A stretch of 62,880 nt of DNA, the filler included, from Atractiella rhizophila (Eukaryota), in the NCBI GenBank assembly GCA_021432655.1. It is 5 parts of 5 records of this genome, joined end to end, with 100 filler letters (N's around TTAATTAATTAA, not from the genome) between each part and the next. Parts side by side here need not be neighbours in the genome. Positions count along the whole stretch, not along the records: positions 25,309 to 55,899 come from MU271327.1; 4 more parts are not named here. One strand, written 5' to 3'. Below, piece by piece: positions 26,434 to 39,028 of this stretch; positions within the stretch are counted from its first letter, which is position 1; every line of letters begins with the position of its first letter. Under the pieces are notes generated by a model, which saw only the letters and a program-made list of their open reading frames with translations, was not told where the DNA came from and did no database searches. The translations under genes were made by a program, and so were the position numbers.

Positions 26434-27861
26434 CTAGAGCCTAGCCTTCTCCCTCTCCTGTTCCTTCCTCTCCTTCTCCCGCCTCCTCCTCTCTTCATTC
26501 CATTTCACCGGATCCACCGCTCCAGGTGGCAACGGGACAGTAGTAGCGACCTGCGATCCAGTGGCCACGAGCACGCTCCTCTTCCTCCACGTCTCCGCTC
26601 CACCATCTTCCTCTCCATCCGTTCCCGCAAACGGATCGCTCCACACTTCCAGCACCTGGTCGTGCACCCCAGCTCGCACCGTCCGGCCGTAGCTGTACAC
26701 GCCAACGCGGGAGGAGGCGGGTAAGGCGCGAAGGGGATAGGTGAATGAGATGCTGAGGAGGAGTGTCGCGAACCAGGAGGGTTGGAGGTTTCGAACTATT
26801 TTTGATGGTGTCTGAGTTGGGACACATGGTGTGTCAGTGCCTGACATCCGCAAAAGGAAGGAAAGGAAGAGAGAAGAAACGCACGTTGTGTGTTAAGTCG
26901 CAAATTACGCTATTGTAGCCCTTAGTCAGCCCATACCTCAAAGAGAGAGAGAGATGTACTTACGGCACGACATGTTCAGTCACCTTCTCCCCTTCCTCCA
27001 GCACGACCCAAGCACCAAACTCCGTCCCCTTCGTCAAACTGTCCTGCACATTCACTTCCTCCTGTACCACCTTCTCACCCGGTGGATTATTCTCATCGAG
27101 CTCATAAAAGGTCAGTCGACGCTTGAAATTGTACATGGGATGCGTGATGGTTTTCGTCACTTGCGAGGGATGGATTTTGAGCGGCATTGGGGGAGAATAG
27201 GTGGGGAAAGGAGGCGTCGGAGGGCCGTATGGTGGAGAGGGGGACGGGAGGAGGGTGAAAAGGAGGGTGGAGGGGAGTAACATGATTCCCTGTTGGTAGT
27301 ACAGGTCAACTCATGCTCATTCACGGTATGAAAAGAAACAGGGATGGGGATGAAATAAAGAAGAAAGCAGCGAAAGAAAGATGCTTACTTCCTGCCACAT
27401 CCCTCCTTCCAACCAACACATCTTTCCCGTCTTCCTCACCACCTTCAACCGTACCTCTACCTTGCTCTCCACGCCCTTTTTGATTTTCCCAGGCTTCAGA
27501 AAAGTGCCTGTCAAATGCAATGGATCGGGAGTAGACGTTGAAGCCATGAAGGAGAGTGCGGCTGAAAGGATGAGCGAGAGGAGGTAGCCTCCAGACGGAT
27601 TACTGTTCCATCAACCTCCTCAGTCAATACATTCAATTCAAGTTGTGGATAGATTCAAGAAATGGTTGGGTGAGCAAGGGGAGAAGGGACCAACATAGCC
27701 ACTGTCCATTCAGGATCCAAGACCGCATCATAAACCACCTCATCCCCTTCCTTCCTCTCTTCACCTTTCCCTCCAAAATTTGTAGATGTAGAACTCTCGG
27801 AATGCACATTTGGAGTGTTGCAGGAGAGCGAAACGCGCAAGGCGGATGAGAGTGGTGCCAT
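26434..27861 (-). CDS. Thioesterase-like (double hotdog fold) protein, multi-exon
   Basis: YDAVLDPEWTVA, PSGGYLLSLIL, TPDPLHLTGTFLKPG, WFATLLLSISF, VGVYSYG...EVWS, LVATGSQVA. Confidence 0.75.
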
Positions 27862-28496
27862 CCTTCACATTCGACTCTTCACCGTTTCTTGCAAAGTTGC
27901 GTTGCAACTGAACAGTGCTGGAAGAGGCAGCTTGAGAAGAGGCAGCTTGAGGAGAGGAGAGTCAGGAGGAGATGGTGGTTTAAGCAGGACTCTATTCCCG
28001 GCAACCTCACGGGTACATTCTCACTAAGGAAGCGGCATTTTGCTTGAATATAATAAATAAACAGCTTCGCGCCAATCGTGCCCTGATCTTCTTCAGCTAG
28101 CTCACTGCACCCTGTGGTTGTCGTTGTCGAATTCAGCAGTCTCACGCCATCCTCGGATAGACTCCGGCTACGTACAGCCGGAGAGAAGAGGTCAACGTGG
28201 GCATGGTGGTTGGCGTACGACATCGAAGGTGCCTTCCATCATCAGACTGGAGGGAGAAAGCTGGAATGGTATGTCATCGACATGTGCTTTGACGACCGGC
28301 TTGAAAAACCGGAGGAGTTATGTTATGGAGAGGACTCAAAGGGAAGGAGGCAACAAGACAGAGGGGCATTTTCGAAAGACATGGATTTTGGTGGGCGTAG
28401 AAGGCATAACATACTCTCTGCACAATGTCAACACAACCATCAAACGTGTAACCGACGTCGAAACGTAAGTAGGTAGTATCCGATCGAGGAAAGGAA

Positions 28497-29280
28497 CTAC
28501 AGCCTTCGTCCTCTTCGTCCACCCTATCCAGCCAAGCAACTCATCAGCCAACATGTCCATCTCCATCCCCTTCACTTGCACTTCCAGGAAAAGTTCAGGG
28601 ACAGGAGAAAGAGAAAGAACGAACCTTCCTCCTCGTGCTATCCGTCGGGATAGGCGTGACATCCTCAATCCTCCCAATCTTCATTCCCGCCCTCGCCAAA
28701 GCCCTGAGAGCGCTCTGTGCTCCAGGTCCTGGCGTCTTCGTACCCGTTCCTCCCGTCGCTCGGATCTTAATGTGTAGTGCGGTTACGCCGAGTTCCTTGC
28801 ACCGAGCAGCTACATCTTGAGAAGCCAACATGGCGGCGTAGGGAGACCTGTTCCATTTGGAGGACACCAGTCAGAGGCGAGAAGTTGCGAGAGAGAGGTT
28901 GAGGTGTGGTGAGAGGAGAGATGGGAGAAAGGGAGAAGGCATACGATTCGTCCCTGTCCGCCTTTACTTTCATTCCGCCTATCCCACACAAGAACCATCA
29001 ATACCAGTCCACTCCACATATCCACCCCCAATGTTTCGTATTTCTGAGTGGAAGACGCACCGGTAACCCTGGAGATAGTTTCCTTCCCGCTCAAATCGGT
29101 GACATGCACAAAGGTATCATTGAAGCTCGCAAAGATGTGAGCGACGCCGAACACCAGCTCGCCCTCTTTGACTTGAGGACCGAGAGAGACGACCTCTTCG
29201 GGCTTTGCGACTCGCTTTCCTTTAGGGGGCTACTTGCACTGTCAGGAGGACTCTGCTGAGCAGAATGGGAGACTGACCAT
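28497..29280 (-). CDS. RPS14: 40S ribosomal protein S14 (uS11), copy 1
   Basis: [68 protein letters not shown]; 4 introns, first coding exon is ATG only. Confidence 0.96.
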
Positions 29281-30951
29281 GATGAAGGGTGGGATGGAGA
29301 AGTCGATCGGATGGACACGGGAAACAAATAACAAAAGCCTCGAGTTGAGAGGAAGGCTGAACCGTAGTCCATAGTCCTGTTTGTAATCTCGCCTCGTGTC
29401 ATAATGAGGTCTCGTGACGTCAATCCGAATTGACCTTTCTCTCCACAAATTGACCTTAGAATTTCCTCAACCACAGCCTTTTCCACGTTTCCGCCTACAA
29501 AGCTATACTCTGAGGTCGCTCGCTATTCGCCAGCTACAAGAACAGCGTTCTCAGATCACACCTGCACTTGGCACTGGAATTGGGAACAGCAGAAATGGCA
29601 TCGGCAGCCTTACCACCACCGTCACCAATGATTTTGCCGTCCGTGGTCGACGCTGGGAGCGCTGGAGGCAATGGAGAGAATGTAGAGTACGGACAGGGGA
29701 AGAAAGAAGGTAAGCGATCTCCTAATGCCTTGTTTGGAGAAATGTCGGCTCGCGAACTTTGCAGATTCGGGGTTGCTTTGAGCTTGTTCTTGTTTGAGAG
29801 AGCATTGGAATAAAGAAGACTGGCGTCCTGAGCTTAGACTCGACATTTCAGCTTGATATTGTGCTTGGTGTATGCAGGAGCTATGTTCAGATGCAACATG
29901 TCGTCATGCGTCACCAGCAAATCCATATCTACAACGTGGTGTCCGCATCCTGTATAACAAGAGGACGTCAAGTCAGAGAACATTTCTGTCTTTGCAATAT
30001 ATGGTACCTAGTTGTGTGCCTTTACAAACTCAAGTTGATCGCCATTGGACTATGTTCCACCTTTCATTCCTTATGAAGGATGTTTGTTAGAGATAGCGAA
30101 AGTTCAAGACTTTGTCTCTTTACCAGGCAGTACTTTTTGCGCCGGCTAAGTGACAAGTTGACATTATCGTCATGCACTTGCTTCCCGAGATTGTCGTGGA
30201 GAGATTTTGTACCAACTTGTGTGGGCTTATGAAGAAGCATATGGAGTCAGAGTCTTCTCTTTACCAGGTCGTGCGCTTTTGGAAAGCTTTACTGAAGAAG
30301 CGAAGGGAGTGTACGAAGGTCTCGCTTCCAGAATTTTTGACGTCGGTAATGTCATTGAGCTGATGACGACTCCCTCTCCGCAAAAGATATTATTGGATTT
30401 CTTCGTTGGTCACTGACTTTCCTCCATGAATGCAGGGATCCGCGCCCGTCGTCACCGCAAACGCACCTCTGAGCTCGCCTCTTCCACTCCTTCTACTTCC
30501 ACCTCCGCGCAACCCACAACACCTCAAACACTCCTCAACATGGCCTACGCCCTCCATCTCAGCATCCAGGGTTGTCGTTGTCGAATTCAGCAGTCTCACG
30601 CCATCCTCGGATAGACTCCGGCTAGGTTGCAGCCGGAGAGAAGAGGTCAACGTGGGCATGGTGGTTGGCGTACGACATCGAAGGTGCCTTCCATCATCAG
30701 ACTGGAGGGAGAAAGCTGGAATGGTATGTCATCGACATGTGCTTTGACGACCGGCTTGAAAAACCGGAGGAGTTATGTTATGGAGAGGACTCAAAGGGAA
30801 GGAGGCAACAAGACAGAGGGGCATTTTCGAAAGACATGGATTTTGGTGGGCGTAGAAGGCATAACATACTCTCTGCACAATGTCAACACAACCATCAAAC
30901 GTGTAACCGACGTCGAAACGTAAGTAGGTAGTATCCGATCGAGGAAAGGAA

Positions 30952-31735
30952 CTACAGCCTTCGTCCTCTTCGTCCACCCTATCCAGCCAAGCAACTCATC
31001 AGCCAACATGTCCATCTCCATCCCCTTCACTTGCACTTCCAGGAAAAGTTCAGGGACAGGAGAAAGAGAAAGAACGAACCTTCCTCCTCGTGCTATCCGT
31101 CGGGATAGGCGTGACATCCTCAATCCTCCCAATCTTCATTCCCGCCCTCGCCAAAGCCCTGAGAGCGCTCTGTGCTCCAGGTCCTGGCGTCTTCGTACCC
31201 GTTCCTCCCGTCGCTCGGATCTTAATGTGTAGTGCGGTTACGCCGAGTTCCTTGCACCGAGCAGCTACATCTTGAGAAGCCAACATGGCTGCGTAGGGAG
31301 ACCTGTTCCATTTGGAGAACACAAGTCAGAGGCGAGAAGTTGCGAGAGAGAGGCTGAGATGTCGTAACAGGAGAGATGGGAGAAAGGGAGAAGGCATACG
31401 ATTCGTCCCTGTCCGCCTTTACTTTCATTCCGCCTATCCCACACAAGAACCATCAATACCAGTCCACTCCACATATCCACCCCCAATGTTTCGTATTTCT
31501 GAGTGGAAGACGCACCGGTAACCCTGGAGATAGTTTCCTTCCCGCTCAAATCGGTGACATGCACAAAGGTATCATTGAAGCTCGCAAAGATGTGAGCGAC
31601 GCCGAACACCAGCTCGCCCTCTTTGACTTGAGGACCGAGAGAGACGACCTCTTCGGGCTTTGCGACTCGCTTTCCTTTAGGGGGCTACTTGCACTGTCAG
31701 GAGGACTCTGCTGAGCAGAATGGGAGACTGACCAT
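30952..31735 (-). CDS. RPS14: 40S ribosomal protein S14 (uS11), copy 2
   Basis: Same exon structure and protein as copy 1; differences in intron 3 and one synonymous Ala codon. Confidence 0.95.
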
Positions 31736-32889
31736 GATGAAGGGTGGGATGGAGAAGTCGATCGGATGGACACGGGAAACAAATAACAAAAGCCTCGAGT
31801 TGAGAGGAAGGCTGAACCGTAGTCCATAGTCCTGTTTGTAATCTCGCCTCGTGTCATAATGAGGTCTCGTGACGTCAATCCGAATTGACCTTTCTCTCCA
31901 CAAATTGACCTTAGAATTTCCTCAACCACAGCCTTTTCCAGGTTTCCGCCTACAAAGCTACACTCTGAGGTCGCTCGCTATTCGCCAGCTACAAGAACAG
32001 CCTTCTTAGATCAGACCTGCACTTGGCACTGGAATTGGGAACGGCAGAAATGGCATCGGCAGCGTTACCACCACCGTCACCAATGATTTTGCCGTCCGTA
32101 GTCGACGCTGGGAGCGCTGGAAGCAATGGAGAGAATGTAGAGTACAGACAGGGGAAGAAAGAAGGTAAGCGATCTCCTAATGCCTTGTTGGGAGAAATGT
32201 CGGCTTGCGAACTTTGCACATTCGGGGTTGCTTTGAGCTTGTTCTTGTTTGAGAGAGCATTGGAATAAAGAAGACTGGCGTCTTGAGCTTAGACTGGACA
32301 TTTCAGCTCGATATTGTGCTTGGTGTATGCAGGAGCTACTTTCAGATGTAACATGTCGTCATGCGTCACCAGCATATCCATATCTAAGGCGTCGTGTCCG
32401 CATCCTGTATAACAAGAGGTGACTTCAAGTCAGAGAATATTTTTGTTTCTACAATATATGGGTACCTAGTTGTGTGCTTTTACAAACTCAAGGTGATTGC
32501 CATTGGACTATGTTCCACCTCTTCGTTTCTCACGAAGGATGTTTGTTGGAGACAGTGAAAGTTCAAGACTTTGTCTCTTTACCAAGTAGTACTTTTTGCA
32601 CCGTATGGATTACAAGCTGCCAGTGCTCCATCGTCATGCGCTCGCTTCCCGAGATTGTCAGGGAGAGATGTTCTACCAACCATGCGCATGCTTCTGAGCC
32701 ATGTGGAGTCAGAGTCATCTGTTAGCAGGAGGTGCGACCCTTTCGAAAGCTTTGCCAAAGAAGCGAACGGAGCGTACGAAGGTCTCGCTTCCAGAAATTT
32801 TTGACGTCGGCGATGTCATTGAGCTGATGACGACTCCCTCTCCGCAAAAGATATTATTGGATTTCTTCGTTGGTCACTGACTTTCCTCC

Positions 32890-34401
32890 ATGAATGCAGG
32901 GATCCGCGCCCGTCGTCACCGCAAACGCACCTCTGAGCTCGCCTCTTCCACTCCTTCTACTTCCACCTCCGCGCAACCCACAACACCTCAAACACTCCTC
33001 AACATGGCCTACGCCCTCCATCTCAGCATCCGTCCCCGCCGTCTATCATCCCGGCGTCCAAGCAACGCATCCTCTTCTATGTTGGGATGGGAAGCCGGAG
33101 AGAGGGCGTTAGATGCCATTGGAAGCAGAATGAGAGGAAGAGGGAGAACGGTCGGCGAGGTCTTAGGATTGAAGGATACGAATGGGAAACATGTAAAAAA
33201 GGAAAAGAAGGAGAAAGCGAGACCGAGCGGAGTGGAGGTTAGGAGGGAGAGTGAGAATACTGAAGCGGCTAGTGAGATTGCAACGCCGAGTGATGTCGGA
33301 GATGCGGGAGCTGTTGTGGTCATTGATGAGGATGACGAGGTCGTGGCTTTGGACGATTGGGGAATGGGACTGGGATTTGGCGTCGGTGTGGCGACTAGTT
33401 CGATGAGGCTTCCTGGGGATGGTTTAGGGATGGGTTTAAAGATGGGAGAAGGGGAGGAGATATGTTTGCCAGCTGCCCCTCGTCTAGGACCAGTAGCAAG
33501 TCCGCAATTACAGCCTTCTCCTTTCATGGCGGCGATGTCTCTTGGCGCGGACTATTTTACCACCTCTTTTTCTTCCGCCTCCATATCCACTGAAACACCG
33601 CTCACCATCCCTCCTTCCACATTCTCCCCTCTCTTGTCCCCCGTCCCCTTCCTTCCAATCACTCCTCAACTCATCCCCCTCGGCAGCACAGGCATGATCG
33701 ACCCCTCACCTATGCCCCTGTCCCCGACGACGAAGACGGGAGATTACTTTGGACTGGCGAGGATAGCGAGCTTGAATAGGCATAAAAAGAAGCGAGCGGA
33801 GAGGGAAGGGAGGTTTGAAGACTCTGCGGCCGCGACACCGTTGCTACCCATCACCCCTCAACTGGGACCCACGAGCTTACTGACAGACCCTTCTCCTTTC
33901 CCTCTTTCGCCAGTGGGAACCCCCGAGTATTTTGGGATAGGTGGAGGACTGGGAAGAGCGGGAAGTCTGAAATCAAAAGCGGGGGCAATGGTGAAACAAC
34001 CTCCGACCATCCGCGAACGAAGCTTCGAAGGAGAAGAAGGGCTTTCTCAACGTCACGACGACCGGGATGAATCGGCACACGAGGTTCCATCTGGACCATC
34101 CACTTCAACCTCGCATCCACCGCTACCCCATCGTTCTTCGTCCCAGCGTCCAGACTGGGTCCCATACCTCCTTGTTGGCGAATACGGATATCGAGATTCG
34201 GTCACAGCTTGGGGAGGAATGGGAGGCCTCTTGGGACTGCTCTTTCACACTTTTGGATTAATCTTCTTCATCCTCTTCCATGTCGCAGACCTTCTGGCCG
34301 CAATCATAACTCCTTTGCTGGCGGCATTGGGAATTTATGTCTATGAGCCGCTAGGGATTGAGGAGGCGGAGAAGAAGGTGCGACGTCTGTCTGGTGGCTG
34401 A
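32890..34401 (+). CDS. Hypothetical Ser/Pro-rich protein with C-terminal hydrophobic segment
   Basis: 503-codon ORF; internal repeat P(F/L)LPITPQL...DPSP(M/F)PLSP...YFG occurs twice. Confidence 0.7.
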   Translation: MNAGIRARRHRKRTSELASSTPSTSTSAQPTTPQTLLNMAYALHLSIRPRRLSSRRPSNASSSMLGWEAGERALDAIGSRMRGRGRTVGEVLGLKDTNGKHVKKEKKEKARPSGVEVRRESENTEAASEIATPSDVGDAGAVVVIDEDDEVVALDDWGMGLGFGVGVATSSMRLPGDGLGMGLKMGEGEEICLPAAPRLGPVASPQLQPSPFMAAMSLGADYFTTSFSSASISTETPLTIPPSTFSPLLSPVPFLPITPQLIPLGSTGMIDPSPMPLSPTTKTGDYFGLARIASLNRHKKKRAEREGRFEDSAAATPLLPITPQLGPTSLLTDPSPFPLSPVGTPEYFGIGGGLGRAGSLKSKAGAMVKQPPTIRERSFEGEEGLSQRHDDRDESAHEVPSGPSTSTSHPPLPHRSSSQRPDWVPYLLVGEYGYRDSVTAWGGMGGLLGLLFHTFGLIFFILFHVADLLAAIITPLLAALGIYVYEPLGIEEAEKKVRRLSGG

Positions 34402-34737
34402 ACTCTGACCGATGCTCATGATTGATGTTTAGGACGCTGAACAAAATGAGGAACTTTGATTGTGATGCGTCACATTCTCACCCACTATTTCGATTTTCAC
34501 ACCATCCACGACTCTGTCCCTTTCGTTTGCTTGGATTTTTAGTGCTCTTTTGTAATTAATGGACTTTTCACTTTACTTGATGAGGATCTCACGATACCCT
34601 CAATGTTACCCAACGCCAAAAGATTAAAACTTCCCATTACTGCACCTGAAGTAAGCTGGAGCATGAAGGTACTGCACATGTAATAAGTCAGGACGGATAC
34701 ATCATACTGTATTGGCATCCAATGACGCCTTTTTTGC

Positions 34738-36439
34738 TCAACCACTCTTCGCTTTCTCAGCCGCCTCTGCCGCCTCACGCTCACGGTGCCACTACAAATT
34801 GATTAGCGAATCAAATATGGGAGAATAAGGTGAGCACTGACGGCCATGGTAATCTTGACCGCTTCCTCCATCGTTACCAATGGTTCATAACCAAGGAACA
34901 ACCTCGCCTGCACATCATCATTAGCCTAGCAAGAGGAAAGGAATAGGAGAAAGAAGCGCACCTTCTCAATGTTGAAATACCGATCGACAGTCATATAAGT
35001 GGCCGTCGCTCTTGTCAACGGCGCAGGCTGTCCCTTCAACCAACTCGCAACCTCTCCTCCCGCTCCAATAAACCAACTCAGGAATGCGGGAACGGCCGTG
35101 ATTTTCTTTGGGGAGAAACCATTGTAGGCCTTCCACAAGCTCCTAGCGAAATCCCAAAAGTAGATTGGCTCTCCATTGGTGATGAAGTAGACTTGACCAG
35201 CGATGGGAATTGGAGCATCGGGTTCGGGATAGTAAAGGTCAAGGGAGGCTGGGTGGAATTGATCGAACCTGTTCCGCGAGGAGGGCAGCGGGGGATCGAT
35301 GGGGAAAGAGGATGAGAGGGCTTGAGATACAGTGTAGGAAGGCGGTGGAAGTGTTTGAGAATTCTCGTTCACAAGCGTAAAATCGTGGCTTTCGCTATCG
35401 GAGGATTGATCAACGCCTTCCACCGTCCTTGAGTTGGGCATAGGACGTCTTTCCCATCCGATGTCAATGTCTTTTGAGCGCTCATCGAAGATGGACCAGT
35501 CCGTGATATACTTGTCCAGCTTCTCCATGGCGAGTAGATGGCCATGGACGAGGTTGTCAACGAAGGTAAAATCTTGAAGATTATCATTGGAGCCGATCTG
35601 GAAGCCGGTTTGCCCATTGTGGAGCGCCTGAAGTATGCGATAGGACACTTGACGGTCTCCAGGTCTAATACCTCATGAGCTACGAGAACTGGACAGATGC
35701 TGAGACATACCCAAAAATGCCGGACGGACGAATAGCGCAAGTCAACAAGCCATCTTTTCCGTTTGCAGCGATGACGGCTTGCTCGGCCAAAGCCTTGAAA
35801 TGGACGTCAGTGAGAACACAGGGGATTACGACAATGTTCGAATTTTGAACAAAAGGCGGAAATGTACACGATCTAGAGAAGATAATCTAAGGATTACCCT
35901 CGAATCTGTTCAACACGTACGTGGCTGACCAATTCGCAATCGTGGATCTGAAAGGAGATTTGGGAGAAATTCTGCTCTCAAATCTTTCAAAGCGTATAAC
36001 CCCCAAGAGAACTTGTAAGAGGAAATGTGGCACAACTTTAGTTCTGAGCTGGAATACAACGATACGCCTTCAGATAAAAGCTTTGAAAGACATTATTTGA
36101 ATGATTCCGAACATCCAACCAAACGTAGTCACACGAAGTTGGAAGAGAGAGGCATCTCAAGCATTCTGCAGCTTGTTTTATTGTGTGATTGAACAATCTC
36201 GCTCAACCTTCGATCTAGAGAAGGCAAGTTGATTGCAAATCAATACAATATCTTGAGTTGTCCATAACTTCTCAGGTACCTTCGCGAAGTATTCGGTACC
36301 ACAGTGTAGGATGGCACTTGAGCCCCGTTCACAGGTCAACGGCCCGCCTGCACATACGATGTACAATAAAGATCAAGCGGTCACCAACTGTAAACTTTTT
36401 GGGTAGAGCAAGACAATTCTACAAGATGGTAAGTGTAAA

Positions 36440-36480
<41 letters not shown>

Positions 36481-37943
36481 ATCCAACCAAACGTGACTAC
36501 ACGAAGTTAGAAGAGAGAGGCATCTCAAGCATTCTGCAGCCTGTTTTATTGTGTGATTGAACAATCTCGCTCAACCTTCGATCTAGAGAAGGCGAGATGA
36601 TTGCAAATCAATACAATATCTTGAGTAGTCCATAACTTCTCAGCTACTTTCCCAAAGTAATCGGCACCACAGCGTACGATGGCACTTGAGCAACGTTCAC
36701 CAGCTCAAAGGCGCGCCTGCACGTATGAGGTACAATAAAGATCAAGTGCCGACCAACTGTCAACTAGTTAGGACAGAGCAAGCCAACTCTGCAAAATGGG
36801 AAGTGTAAACGACTCTCAGCCCAGAGCTGAACATTAGACCACGGCGGGCGAGATCCATGCTCCTTGAGTTCTTGAGGTCAAACACAAGCTCATGTTCATC
36901 TGAATCAAGGGACCAAACTTGAACTGTTCAAGTGTTGCAGTCAACGATGACTTTTGGATGAACATTGTGCTTTTCTGAAGATTGAAAGCTGTGTTATCAG
37001 CTTTAGATCCAAGGCAATATGCGCCGAAGCTACAGTCATGTACTAAATAATGATGATGCCAACACTCCATGACAACTCAGTCAACAATTGTCAAATTGCT
37101 TCTGCTCAAACTCAAGAACCCAACATGAAATCACTAAGGACACAACTCTGGTCTCGCGTTCTTTCCAGTATTGCACTCATAAGGGAGAAAGAGAAAGGAG
37201 CTCAGTTTCCTCCACAATTTCATTTGAAATATTCAATCCTCAATGACACCTAAAATTGATCACATGCAGGACTCCTCACGTTGAAGGTTACGGTGGCCAA
37301 AAATGGCTGTCAGACAACATTATTTGTGCCTGTCCAAGTAAATAATGCGTGCAAAGGTACGCCATTTTGAACGTACTATGGACGGGGACGAAAAGTAAGA
37401 AAAGATTCTGAACTTCACACATCTCTCTCTCTCTTTCTCTCGCCTTCAGATACTAGACACTAGACGTACCTTTGTCCTGTTATAATCATCCGGCCAAGCA
37501 TCCGGATAGGGAACCCTCTCGTCCACATTCCTCAACCCCACCCCAGAATCCAACACCTCATTCCCCAACACGACCCCACTCGAGCTCGTATACACAAACT
37601 TCCTAGCCCCACGCTTCACACACCAAGCGATAGTATGTTCCGTCCCCTTCACATTCACAGCGTCGCAAATCTCCTTTCCGCTAGCCAGGTGCGGAGAAGC
37701 GGTATGGAACACGACGTTGGGGTGCGGATCGAGTTTGAGGTCTTCGAAGGGCTGGGTCAGGTCCAGTTTGTGGTATGTGCACCGAGGAGGAAGCGGACTC
37801 GTCGCTGGCGCGGGGAAGAGGTCGAGGGAGTAGATGGTCGCTGTGCGGTAGCGGGAGGAGAGCGCCTTGAGCAGGTTTCCGCCGAGGAACCCGCTGCCGC
37901 CGATGACGGCGTAGACTTCGGGTGGAGAGGGGTTGTAGGGCAT
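34738..37943 (-). CDS. ERG26: C-3 sterol dehydrogenase/decarboxylase (3-beta-HSD family) with a 1676-nt intron at 35794-37469
   Basis: VIGGSGFLG, VFHTASP, VNVKGT, VYTSSSGVV, YNRTK|ALAEQ, AIRPSGIFGPGD, DFTFVDNLVHGHLLA, YFITNGEP. Confidence 0.9.
36110..36810 (+). repeat. Two ~330-bp direct repeats (36110-36440, ~36478-36810) separated by A39
   Basis: Both units start aacatccaaccaaacgt and end aagtgtaaac; the A tract spans 36441-36479. Confidence 0.9.
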
Positions 37944-39028
37944 CGTCCTGAGTGGAAGAGGGCGACTTGGAGTGGCTCAAATACTGGCTCAAATACGTGG
38001 CTGGCGGAGCGAAGCAACAATCCTCAGGATGCTGGATGCATCAACCAGCTTCAACTAAGCTTCGAATGAGAAGGTCTGTTGATCTTGTTAATTCGTGTAG
38101 CAAGTTCCTGAGCAAGGTCGGGCAACGTAGCTGGTGTAGAACAGGTTGAAATAAGACCATTAATGCAATGGAGGCATTTATAAAGGTGTTTCGAAAGAAA
38201 GAACATGCTTGTGCCCAATTCACTCGGTTGCGACAAGGGGTACCCCAGTTCAGTATAAACACGTTGGTAGTATCAAAGATATGGAATGCTGTTCTCTAAC
38301 TCTATGGTTAGTTTACATGATAATGTTGACGGAAAAGCATAATACTGCTCTAAAACGAGTTATCACGTGTTTTGTAGCAACATCTCATCTCCCACACTAC
38401 GAATGGAGGAGAAGGCGTCTAAAGCTGAGAGGAAGGAGCTTACCATATAAGGGGAGAGAGGCAGCTACGTTTATCTACAAAGTTAGGCAACTGATGCGAC
38501 AGAGCTTTCCAAGACCATTATCTAAACCCATTGTAAATCACTGCCTAAAAGAACAAATGATTCTTTTAACTCTCTCCGTTATTGTTCCATCAGTGAAGAA
38601 CAATACACGAGACAAAGCCGACCTTGTCACAGAATATATTTGCAGTCCGCTTTGGTACGCTATTTCATGGCCCTTGGATCACTCCAACTTGGAGGTATCG
38701 ACACTTACGATTTGAGGACAGATGCTAGATTCTGTCGCGCTATAAAGTGTGTCTACTGTCTGCCTTTAATCAACAGCGCCTAAGCACGCCCGGAAAGCGA
38801 GGTGCTCAAACTCTGCTAATGCCTGTTTGACAACATGCGAATAATATTTGCTAAAGTACAATTTCTCGAACAATGGGCTTTAGGGCTCTGCTAGGATTTA
38901 TGCCAATATTTAAACCCGAATACCGAATGCCTCAGTATGGTCAACATGTTAACATGTCTTGAATTGCCCTATTATTACGGTTTGTCATAATTGCACCCAG
39001 AACAAATCAAAGTGCTTACCTCCGCCTT

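Larger units (their letters stand above)
28116..33031. repeat. Tandem segmental duplication, units ~28116-30567 and ~30570-33031
   Basis: The sequence recurs at an offset of 2454-2464 nt; junction agcatcc|ag|ggttgtcg at ~30568. Confidence 0.95.

Noticed and set aside
29568..29813. 81-aa ORF preserved in both duplicate units (also 32023-32268)
   Set aside because: No recognisable family and several amino-acid changes between copies; preservation is explained by the duplication itself.
36258..36564. Poly-Lys and poly-Phe ORFs
   Set aside because: By-products of the A39 tract inside the ERG26 intron.
38209..38715. 168-codon intergenic ORF
   Set aside because: Non-ATG start, no motif and no supporting splice structure.
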